From: a virus
Taxonomy: Duplodnaviria > Caudoviricetes
IMG/VR virus record: IMGVR_UViG_3300025305_000082
Span: 1 to 31,348 of that record
DNA: 31,348 bases
Strand: one strand, 5' to 3'
Below the pieces are notes generated by a model. It was not told where the DNA came from. It did no database searches and was given only the letters and a program-made list of their open reading frames with translations. Shown here piece after piece: positions 6,980 to 15,364 of the stretch (position 1 is its first letter; every line of letters begins with the position of its first letter). A program made the translations under genes and the position numbers.

Positions 6980-9085
6980 TATATTCGTAAATGGATTGGG
7001 GGCGATTATGTACGTTTTCGTTATGAAACACCTGAAAAAATAGGGGGTTGGTCAGAACTGGGAGAGAGTTCTTTAACGGGAGTTACCCGTGCTCAACACC
7101 ATTTTATTGATGATGCAGGAACCAAGTACGCAGCCCTTGGCACTAATCGTATTCTCTATGTTTATTCAGGGGGTATTTTCTACGACATTCATCCTATTAA
7201 AACTACCAGCACCTTAACTAATACGTTTACCACAACCAATGGATCGGCTGCAGTTAAAATAACTTTTGGTAGTTCTCATAATATTAGTGCTGGTGATATT
7301 ATCTATCTCGACAGTTTTACGACCATTACGAACTCCAATTATGTGGCGGCCGACTTTAATGACATCAAATTTATGGTAACCAGTATCGATAGTTCTACTC
7401 AACTTACCATCACGATGTCTTCAACTGAAACAGGATCGGGTGCCACTTTATCGGGGGGTATTCGAGTTCAACATTATTATCCCGTAGGACCCGCACAACA
7501 ACTCGGGGCTTACGGCTGGGGTATTGGCCAATGGAGTGGTGAAGTGGCCGGTGAAGCTACGACTACCTTAAATGGAGCTTTGACCGCGGATGCTAGCGAT
7601 ACGACCGTGGTATTAACGGATGCCTCGGCTTTTCCAACGTCTGGAACCTCTTATATTTTAGTAGGTACTGAACTTATTAGTTATACAGGAATTAGCACCA
7701 ATACTTTAACAGGCGTTACACGAGCTACCCAAGGCACGAGTGTCGCCATTCATGCAGATGGAGCGACAGTGAGTAATGCAACCGACTATGTAGGATGGGG
7801 TCAAGCGGCTTCAGGAGATAAAGTCTTTGAACCTGGACTTTGGTCCTTGGATAATTACGGAACTAAACTGATTGCTTTAATTTATAACGCTGAATGTTTT
7901 GAATGGGATTCAGCAACAACAAACGCCACTGCGATACGTGCTACTATTCTTTCAGGAGCCCCCACGGCTTCACGTGATATGCTTATTTCAGCACCCGATA
8001 GACACATTGTCTTTTTAGGTACAGAGACAACGATTGGAACATCATCAACCCAGGATGATATGTATATTCGATGGTCCGATCAGGAAGATCTGAATACCTA
8101 TGCTCCAACGGCAATCAACACCGCGGGTACACAAAGACTCGCCGATGGATCAAAAATCATGGGAAGTTTAAGAGGTCGTAATGCAATTTATATCTGGACC
8201 GATACCGCACTCTTTATCATGAGATTTGTGGGTCAACCTTTTACGTTTGCTTTCGAACAGGTAGGAACGAATTGCGGACTTATCGGTATGAACGCTGCTT
8301 TGGAAGTCGATGGTTCGGCTTACTGGATGTCGGAAAATGGTTTCTTCAGGTACACGGGTAAACTGGAATCTATGATCTGTCTGGTGGAAGACTATGTTTA
8401 CGATGATATTAATACTACGTCCAACCAACTTATTAATGCCGGTTTGAATAATCTTTTTGGAGAAGTCATCTGGTTTTATTGTACTAATGGCTCAAATGTC
8501 ATTGACCGAATGGTTACATATAACTATATTGATTCCTCCCCGCAACGTCCTATCTGGACCACAGGAAGTTTAAACCGAACGACCTGGTCCGATTCGGCTG
8601 TCTTCGGCAAGCCTTATGCAACGCATTATGATGCTGATACCGATACTTCTTACGATGTCGTAGGGAACACGGATGGCATTACAACTTTTTACGAGCAGGA
8701 AACAGGAAACGATCAAGTCAAACGAGGGGTAACGTCCGCTATTGCTGCTAATATTGAATCGGGTGATTATGATATTACCCAGGATGAACGACAAGGTGTC
8801 ACCTTCAGAGGCGACGGTGAGTTTCTAATGAGCATTAAACGGTTCATTCCCGATTTCCTAACGCAAACGGGAAACACTCAGGTCACTTTAAATTTAAGAA
8901 ATTATCCCAATGAATCACAAACAGGTTCGTCTCTTGGACCGTTTACCATTAGTTCTTCAACCACGAAAGTAGATACCAGAGCTCGAGCACGATCCGTAGC
9001 CCTTAAAGTTGAGAATACGGGAGTTTCCCAGGACTGGAAGATTGGAACCTTCAGGCTGGACGTACAAGCGAGCGGAAGAAGATAA
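6980..9085 (+). CDS. Podovirus tail nozzle / DNA-stabilisation-type virion protein; start codon missing or uncertain
   Basis: Frame open from 6980 (after TAG 6977-6979): YIRKWIGGDYVRFRYETPEKIGGW..., continuing into the tracked 7343 ORF. Beta-rich, with IRWSDQE, AYWM..NGFF.Y.G, EVIWFY and C-terminal G..R.D....GRR motifs. Confidence 0.7.
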   Translation, partial: YIRKWIGGDYVRFRYETPEKIGGWSELGESSLTGVTRAQHHFIDDAGTKYAALGTNRILYVYSGGIFYDIHPIKTTSTLTNTFTTTNGSAAVKITFGSSHNISAGDIIYLDSFTTITNSNYVAADFNDIKFMVTSIDSSTQLTITMSSTETGSGATLSGGIRVQHYYPVGPAQQLGAYGWGIGQWSGEVAGEATTTLNGALTADASDTTVVLTDASAFPTSGTSYILVGTELISYTGISTNTLTGVTRATQGTSVAIHADGATVSNATDYVGWGQAASGDKVFEPGLWSLDNYGTKLIALIYNAECFEWDSATTNATAIRATILSGAPTASRDMLISAPDRHIVFLGTETTIGTSSTQDDMYIRWSDQEDLNTYAPTAINTAGTQRLADGSKIMGSLRGRNAIYIWTDTALFIMRFVGQPFTFAFEQVGTNCGLIGMNAALEVDGSAYWMSENGFFRYTGKLESMICLVEDYVYDDINTTSNQLINAGLNNLFGEVIWFYCTNGSNVIDRMVTYNYIDSSPQRPIWTTGSLNRTTWSDSAVFGKPYATHYDADTDTSYDVVGNTDGITTFYEQETGNDQVKRGVTSAIAANIESGDYDITQDERQGVTFRGDGEFLMSIKRFIPDFLTQTGNTQVTLNLRNYPNESQTGSSLGPFTISSSTTKVDTRARARSVALKVENTGVSQDWKIGTFRLDVQASGRR

Positions 9086-10674
9086 TGCCTTTTAAATCAG
9101 AAAAACAAAGACGATACCTATGGGCCAACGAGCCAGAGATTGCTCGTGACTGGAGTGATAAATATGGTGGTCGGGTGAAGAAAGATACAGGAGGTATAAC
9201 AAGAATTCCTTTTGCGAATGGAAGTATATATCCACTGAATATTCTAGGTAGTGATATAAACGATCCAAATGCATACAAACAGAATATATTGAATCGGTAT
9301 CAAGATATAGCAAAACAAAATAATCTTACTTATGAAGATAGTCCCATCTTTAATCGAGGTCTTGAAGCGTGGGATCCTTATAGCCTAGGTTCTCAAGTTC
9401 TTCAAAACTGGTCTATTCCAGCTGGTAATTTTTTTGGAAGTTTCGCAGACGATCCATCAGTTACTTATGGTGGGGCGGGTTTAATGGGAACAAAGACTTC
9501 CGCAGGTTTTAAAAATGATATGCTTAATAAAATTAAATCAGGTGCCGCTACTGAGGAAGAAAAACTTCAATTTGGACAGACTTTTGGTCATGAAATGAGT
9601 CACTTGGGTATGACATATAAACCTCGTGATGAATTAATAAATGTACCAGGAGTAGGAAAAGAAGGAGGTAAGCGAGCTGCACTGTTAGGGAGTGTTAGAT
9701 TACCTAAATTTCTCCAAGATAAAATTCCAGGTCTCCCAGGAGAGTACGAAGGAGAAGAGCAATGGAATCGTATGCATGATCTTATATATGGAGGAACAAC
9801 AGATTGGAGAACAAATTTAGCGGACTTGCAAGCAACATATCAAAATCTTCCTCCACGGTCTCCTGAAAGAAAAGAAGCTTTTAACAAAGCACTAGAAGTA
9901 TCTGACAGCTTTACAGGAGCAAAATATAATCCTGGAGAAGCTGAAAAGTTTTTAAGAGATTCTGGCTTAATTGCAGCAGATTTAAGTTATACCCCCTACG
10001 GCCATGAAAAAATTGGTTGGTCAGGCCTAACTAGCGAAAGTAAAAAAGCACTTGGCTTCGGCGTCAATCCTCATGAAGATACTATGATGGGACAAATGAG
10101 AACGTATCCTAATCGTTTAAGCGATGAAGCATGGTTAGCGGACGCAGATAAACGACACTTAACAGCTTCTAATCCTAACGTAATGAAAGACTTTAGCTAT
10201 TCAACAGATAATAAACGACCATTCAAATATGACGACACCGACGATGATGAAAAAGCATTATCCTATGCCATTAAAAGACCTACTCAACAAAGCTTTATTA
10301 ATAGATTAAGAAATAGATTTTATAAACCAGCTACAGCAGCAGTAAACTTAGGAGGAGGTCGAACTTATACCCCAGCTCAATTGAATAGAATGAATGCACT
10401 CGGAGGATATTATAGTGGACCTGCAAGAGACGCAAGACGATTAGGGCAAAGACGAATCAATATATTAAACAGAGCACAAGCAGGAAAACCTGTTGGAAAT
10501 GTAAATCAACTCTTAAAAGACTATGGATATAAAAAAAGTCCAAGTGGAGGAATAACTTTCACAGGGGGACATGAAGGTAGTGCTACAGCAGGAGCAGGAT
10601 ATAGTCGAAGTGATTCAGGATGGGACAGAAGTCCATTCAGAAAAGGAGGCCTAGCAACACTATGGCAAAGATAG
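9085..10674 (+). CDS. Putative internal virion protein with an HExxH zinc-peptidase-like segment
   Basis: 529-aa ORF, TAATG-coupled; N-terminal MPFKSEKQRRYLWANEPEIA..W module; HEMSH at 9589-9603; GG tags at both ends. Confidence 0.6.
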   Translation: MPFKSEKQRRYLWANEPEIARDWSDKYGGRVKKDTGGITRIPFANGSIYPLNILGSDINDPNAYKQNILNRYQDIAKQNNLTYEDSPIFNRGLEAWDPYSLGSQVLQNWSIPAGNFFGSFADDPSVTYGGAGLMGTKTSAGFKNDMLNKIKSGAATEEEKLQFGQTFGHEMSHLGMTYKPRDELINVPGVGKEGGKRAALLGSVRLPKFLQDKIPGLPGEYEGEEQWNRMHDLIYGGTTDWRTNLADLQATYQNLPPRSPERKEAFNKALEVSDSFTGAKYNPGEAEKFLRDSGLIAADLSYTPYGHEKIGWSGLTSESKKALGFGVNPHEDTMMGQMRTYPNRLSDEAWLADADKRHLTASNPNVMKDFSYSTDNKRPFKYDDTDDDEKALSYAIKRPTQQSFINRLRNRFYKPATAAVNLGGGRTYTPAQLNRMNALGGYYSGPARDARRLGQRRINILNRAQAGKPVGNVNQLLKDYGYKKSPSGGITFTGGHEGSATAGAGYSRSDSGWDRSPFRKGGLATLWQR

Positions 10675-10826
10675 TACAGGTATTAACAAGAGCATCAAAG
10701 GAATACGACACTCAGATAGCACAGTCCCTGATCAGGGATCTGGATGCCGTGCTGCAAAAACTAAACACGACGTTCCAGGAGGAACTTAAACAGGAGATAG
10801 AAGCCAAAAGCTTCTTTGTTGAATAA
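10662..10826 (+). CDS. Small helical virion-associated hypothetical protein (54 aa)
   Basis: MAKIVQVLTRASKEYD...; RBS AGGAGG at 10644-10649 favours ATG 10662; TAATG-coupled to the next gene. Confidence 0.7.
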   Translation: MAKIVQVLTRASKEYDTQIAQSLIRDLDAVLQKLNTTFQEELKQEIEAKSFFVE

Positions 10827-11164
10827 TGGCTGTAGTCAATCAGTATAAATTTTATGGGACGACCGTCACTGCGGCTGAAACGGATACACTGCTTTCACCT
10901 TCAGCTACGGAAACTTTAATTATTAAATCATTAAGAGTAACTAATAAATCAGGTTCTAATGCCCCTACTATCACTATTAAAAATAATGCATTTGAAATCG
11001 TTAATACTCAAACCTTAGCTACGGCAACGAGTGTGGAAATTTTAAGCCTTCCCTTAATTGTAGAAGGATCTACAACTCTGACCTATACCACTGTCGGTAC
11101 GGTATCAGATGGTGTAGTCATAGGTATTAGTTATTTGAATATTGTGAAGGAGGTAACCGCTTAA
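10826..11164 (+). CDS. Small beta-rich virion structural protein (112 aa)
   Basis: Thr-rich, with IIKSLRVTN and PLIVE...L patterns; translationally coupled. Confidence 0.65.
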   Translation: MAVVNQYKFYGTTVTAAETDTLLSPSATETLIIKSLRVTNKSGSNAPTITIKNNAFEIVNTQTLATATSVEILSLPLIVEGSTTLTYTTVGTVSDGVVIGISYLNIVKEVTA

Positions 11165-11358
11165 TGAGCATTAAGATTAACGGCAAAGATGTCCCTGTGG
11201 TGAAAGCAACAGCAGTTATGACACTATCAAACCTGAAAACAGGGGTAAAATATGAGACTGAAAAGGAGTGGAAGGCTTTGGGAATTGACCCCAAAGAGAT
11301 TCGCCGAGATATTAAAATCACGGTTCCTTCGCTTGATTTATTTGCGAAAACAAAGTAG
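11164..11358 (+). CDS. Hypothetical protein (64 aa)
   Basis: RBS AGGAGG, TAATG overlap, N.KTG.KY motif. Confidence 0.7.
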   Translation: MSIKINGKDVPVVKATAVMTLSNLKTGVKYETEKEWKALGIDPKEIRRDIKITVPSLDLFAKTK

Positions 11359-11361
11359 ATT
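11333..11361 (+). promoter_or_regulatory. Sigma70-type promoter candidate for the ejection-protein genes
   Basis: TTGATT (11333-11338), 17-nt spacer, TAGATT (11356-11361), just upstream of ATG 11380. Confidence 0.4.
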
Positions 11362-11379
11362 GGACATTCAAGGATAATT

Positions 11380-13425
11380 ATGGCAACCAACGGTATACTA
11401 GACATTCAAGAAACAACAGAAGACTTTAGAGATCCAGACATGGAGCTTTCTCCAGAAGAAACAATGGATATCATTAAGACGCTTCAAGTCGTAGGCGTTC
11501 CTCAAGAACACTACGGGGAATATACAGACAGGTTTAGGGAATGGAAACAAAATAATAATGGAACGTTTGATATGTTCCTAGAAGAAATACATCAACTTGC
11601 ACCAGGAACTATTACAAAAATTAAAACAGAACAACTCGTGGCTCAAGGTCCTGAAGATGCACTTCAGACCGAAGAAGAAATGACCATTCAACCTGGATCA
11701 GGGGACATGCTGGAAATTATGCAGTCCGTAGGTGTTCCACAAAGAGCAAGTCTGGGTGGAAGGATCGGCTATCAGGGTGGAGAAATCGTACTACCTCAAC
11801 CACGACCCGAACACGATCCACGACTAGAATTCTTTAAACGTATGGGTGCGATGCCAGAACAGACACTATTAAGAAATTATCAACCTGCCAGAGGTGCTAT
11901 GGAACAAGGTATCATGACTCAAGCGGGTCAAGCCATAGATCCTTACGGCGGTCTTTTGGGAGGACAAGAAGGCGATATCGGTATGGGAGGACAACCTTTG
12001 GTTCCTTATGAACACGAAGGCGCGGAACAACCACCATCGTGGGTTGATCGACTGCAAACAGGAACTTATGATGCAGCGCTTCCTCAAACACCTGAGATAA
12101 CTAAGGAAATGGTTATGGATTTTTTAAGGAAAATGGGAATGCCTTTTACCAAAGAAAATTTTAAAAAAGTCTGGGAAGCTTTACTAGCGGCAGTGAAATT
12201 TGGTCCAGGAGGAGCAGCAGAAGCAGCAGGAGGATTAGGTTTAGAAGGACTAAGAAGTCTTGGTGCACCGGAAGAAGTTGAAGAAACAGAAACGATTAGT
12301 CTTCAAGAAGGAGGTGGAGTACACTCTTTAGATGAATTGGCATTTGCAATTTTTCAAAAACCATATAGTCAATTAACATCTTCTCAACAATATGAACTTA
12401 ACAATTTTAAACCTGAACCGTACGAACCATTACCCAAAGCCGAAGGTGGAATCATAGATGTGGTTCCAAGACAAGGATATTTTATAGGAAATATTGTTAA
12501 AGCTATTACGAGTGCTCCCAAGAAAATTTTAAAATCAGCAAAGAAGATATTAAAAAGTGACTTAGGCAAAATGGCGATGCTCTATGTGGCGACGGCTGGA
12601 TTTTCAAATCTAGCAGCTCAACAAGGTTTAGGAGGAGCACAAAAATGGTTTGGTAAAGGTGGATGGAAATGGTTACAACCTCAAAATGTAGGGATTAATA
12701 TTAAGGATGCTGTTTCACGAGTTATACCTGCGAGCTGGAAAAATGTAGCAAAAGCAAAAGACGCACTCGCATTAACTGAGAGTGGTACAATAGATTGGGC
12801 AGCTATGGACGCTGCTAATAAAGCTCAAGTAGCCGCTTTGGGTGATTTAAGTTTAGGTGGAGCTACAACAGGATCAACACTAGGAACAGCTTTAGCTAAA
12901 GCTCCAACACCATGGTACAAAGGTGCATTGCCTTGGATTGCTGGTGCTTCCTTAGCAGGAGGAGCATACACAGCTAAGAACCCAGGCGAAACGCAATTCG
13001 ATATGGGAAAACGAGATGAAGAAGTTGATGATATAACTGAATGGTTGGCAGCGATTAAGCCCGCAGCCGCTATTGATTGGCCTTATCCATCTTATACTGG
13101 AGCTAAAGGCGGACGCGTAGGCTATGCCAACGGAGGCATTTTGGATATAGAGGAAATAGATTTAAGAGACAACGGAGGCTTTATGCCTTTAGGTAAAAAA
13201 GAAAAAGCGGACGACGTTCCAGCTTTACTCAGTAAAAATGAATTTGTCTTTACGGCGGATGCCGTCAAGAGTGCAGGCGACGGTGATCCTGATGTGGGTG
13301 CCGAACGAATGCAGAATGTAATGAAAAACCTGGAAGCAGGCGGAAAGATTTCGGAAGAATCCCAAGGGCTCGAAGGAGCACAGGAAATGTTTGAAGTCTC
13401 CGAACGATTAAGCGAGGTAGTCTAA
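11380..13425 (+). CDS. Putative internal virion / ejection protein (681 aa)
   Basis: Acidic and low-complexity, with Gly/Ala hydrophobic stretches, several GGRxGYxxGG tags and a C-terminal ADDVPALLSKNEFVFTADAV block. Confidence 0.65.
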   Translation: MATNGILDIQETTEDFRDPDMELSPEETMDIIKTLQVVGVPQEHYGEYTDRFREWKQNNNGTFDMFLEEIHQLAPGTITKIKTEQLVAQGPEDALQTEEEMTIQPGSGDMLEIMQSVGVPQRASLGGRIGYQGGEIVLPQPRPEHDPRLEFFKRMGAMPEQTLLRNYQPARGAMEQGIMTQAGQAIDPYGGLLGGQEGDIGMGGQPLVPYEHEGAEQPPSWVDRLQTGTYDAALPQTPEITKEMVMDFLRKMGMPFTKENFKKVWEALLAAVKFGPGGAAEAAGGLGLEGLRSLGAPEEVEETETISLQEGGGVHSLDELAFAIFQKPYSQLTSSQQYELNNFKPEPYEPLPKAEGGIIDVVPRQGYFIGNIVKAITSAPKKILKSAKKILKSDLGKMAMLYVATAGFSNLAAQQGLGGAQKWFGKGGWKWLQPQNVGINIKDAVSRVIPASWKNVAKAKDALALTESGTIDWAAMDAANKAQVAALGDLSLGGATTGSTLGTALAKAPTPWYKGALPWIAGASLAGGAYTAKNPGETQFDMGKRDEEVDDITEWLAAIKPAAAIDWPYPSYTGAKGGRVGYANGGILDIEEIDLRDNGGFMPLGKKEKADDVPALLSKNEFVFTADAVKSAGDGDPDVGAERMQNVMKNLEAGGKISEESQGLEGAQEMFEVSERLSEVV

Positions 13426-14252
13426 TGGCAATACAAGAAACAAGAACTTTACCGGCACCTTTTATAGAAGGTCTAGGCAAGGACTATGCAACAGAATTAA
13501 AGGCACGATATCAGCAACCCATCGACACCAAGATGTTTCAACCTGGTGTGGCACCCCAAGATGTTTTACAGACTCAGGCAGCATCACTGGCAGGAACAGG
13601 TCTAGGAGGCTATGAACCTTATATCACACAGGCAGGAGCCTATTCGGGACCAGATGCTTATCAAGCTTTTCAATCACCTTACCAGCAACAAGTTATTGAT
13701 AAAACTTTAGAAGAATACGATCGACAGGCACAGATTCAACAACAAGGTATTATGGATGCCGCAACCCGAATGAATGCGTTGGGCGCAGGCAGAACAGGAG
13801 TACAGCTTTCAGAATACCAAGCAGGATCCGACAGGAACAGGGCATTAATCAATGCTCAACTGTTGCAACAAGGATACGGTCAGGCTCAACAAGGAGCTCA
13901 GACCGCTTTCGGTCAGCAAATGAATCTGGCAACTACTCAACCAGGATTGGTTGGACAACAAATCGGAGCAATGGGACAGGTCGGTGCACTTCAACAGGCT
14001 CAGGCACAGGCGCAACTTGATCAACAACGAGAAGCGAATCGAATGGCAGCTTACGAGCCATGGGAAAGACTTCAAGCTTACGGAACAGGAATCACGGGTA
14101 TCATGGGCGGAATGCCAGGACAGTATCAATGGTCCAACGTTCCTAATCCAACACCATTACAAACAGCATTAGGTATCGGAGCAACAGCAGGTGGTATCTA
14201 CGGTAATGTTATGGGTCCAATGAGAGGAATGGTTTACGATAGACCAGCATAA
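13425..14252 (+). CDS. Gln/Ala/Gly-rich DNA-ejection (pilot-type) protein (275 aa)
   Basis: SPYQQQVID, Q-rich coiled coil, C-terminal glycine-zipper-like TALGIGATAGGIYG. Confidence 0.65.
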   Translation: MAIQETRTLPAPFIEGLGKDYATELKARYQQPIDTKMFQPGVAPQDVLQTQAASLAGTGLGGYEPYITQAGAYSGPDAYQAFQSPYQQQVIDKTLEEYDRQAQIQQQGIMDAATRMNALGAGRTGVQLSEYQAGSDRNRALINAQLLQQGYGQAQQGAQTAFGQQMNLATTQPGLVGQQIGAMGQVGALQQAQAQAQLDQQREANRMAAYEPWERLQAYGTGITGIMGGMPGQYQWSNVPNPTPLQTALGIGATAGGIYGNVMGPMRGMVYDRPA

Positions 14253-15364
14253 TGAGAATACTTAACAGACCCATGTTCAAACGAGGAGGCTCCACGGGCC
14301 AAGGTATAACTTCAGGTTTACGAAGACAGGGATACCAGTTCGGGGAAAGAGTCACAACAGAAGATATTTTAAAAAGTTATGGCCCTGCTCCACGAAGAAC
14401 GAATGTATATGATTTTTTAACTGACTGGGGTTTAAGAATGGCTTCGGCAACGCCGAGTGGAAATGTTATACAAACCGCAGCGAAGGAAGCGAGAGAGCCT
14501 TATGCTCAATTTACCAAAGGTAAGGGTGAGGCTGAAACATTAGCTTACGCTATGAGAGCCAAAGCAGCAGATACAGCAAGAGCAGAGAACTTAGCTTTAG
14601 GCAAAATGGAGTATGAAAAAGAAAGAGACGTCGCGGATCGTGAAACTCAATGGAAGATAGCAGAGCTAGAGGCTAAGGGTGAAAAAGAATTTATTGTAGA
14701 ACAAATTAATAAATACTGGGATCCAAAAATTGCAGAAGCTCCTCCTGCGGAAAGAAAAAATTTAGAAGAGCAGAAAAAAAGTGACACCTATAATATCATC
14801 GTATTAGGCGAAGACATTTCTGATAAATACAAAATTTTAGGTAATACTCAAGCACTTGAAATAGCTCAAGATAATGCTAGGCTGGAACTTGAATCTACAA
14901 CAAATCCTACAACAAGCATTTTTTGGGATAGAAAAGATAAAGGTTATGCTGAGAAACTTCAGGCATTAATTAATAAATATCTAAGATTCGCTACTAAATT
15001 TCTTGAGAAGGACAAAAAAGCAACAGGGGGACGTGCTGGTTACCAAAACGCAGGTCCCGTTACAGCTCTCCCTAATCAAGGTTCTCCTTCTCTTATGGCT
15101 AAAGCTGCTACAGACACCGAAGTTGAAGATGCTTTTGGAGTCTCTGTGGAAGAAGCCACACCAGAAACAAAAGAAATTAATATTTCTTACGAACAATTAA
15201 GAAATAGACTACCTCCGGAAATTAAGGATGAAATAGTTTTATTGCTTTCTCAAAGTTACGAAGCGTTCGCTGACTTTGCAGAAATTCAAACCCAAGCGGA
15301 TGTTAATGAATTCAATATAAAATATAACGTTCAACTATTCCTTCCGCAACAAACGGGGGTATAA
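14252..15364 (+). CDS. Putative internal virion / ejection protein (370 aa)
   Basis: Helical; N-terminal LNRPMFKRGG, internal ATGGRAGYQNAG, C-terminal LR.RLPPEI.DEIV.LL..S..A..DFA.I.TQ.DV..FN.KY.V.L.LP block. Confidence 0.65.
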   Translation: MRILNRPMFKRGGSTGQGITSGLRRQGYQFGERVTTEDILKSYGPAPRRTNVYDFLTDWGLRMASATPSGNVIQTAAKEAREPYAQFTKGKGEAETLAYAMRAKAADTARAENLALGKMEYEKERDVADRETQWKIAELEAKGEKEFIVEQINKYWDPKIAEAPPAERKNLEEQKKSDTYNIIVLGEDISDKYKILGNTQALEIAQDNARLELESTTNPTTSIFWDRKDKGYAEKLQALINKYLRFATKFLEKDKKATGGRAGYQNAGPVTALPNQGSPSLMAKAATDTEVEDAFGVSVEEATPETKEINISYEQLRNRLPPEIKDEIVLLLSQSYEAFADFAEIQTQADVNEFNIKYNVQLFLPQQTGV

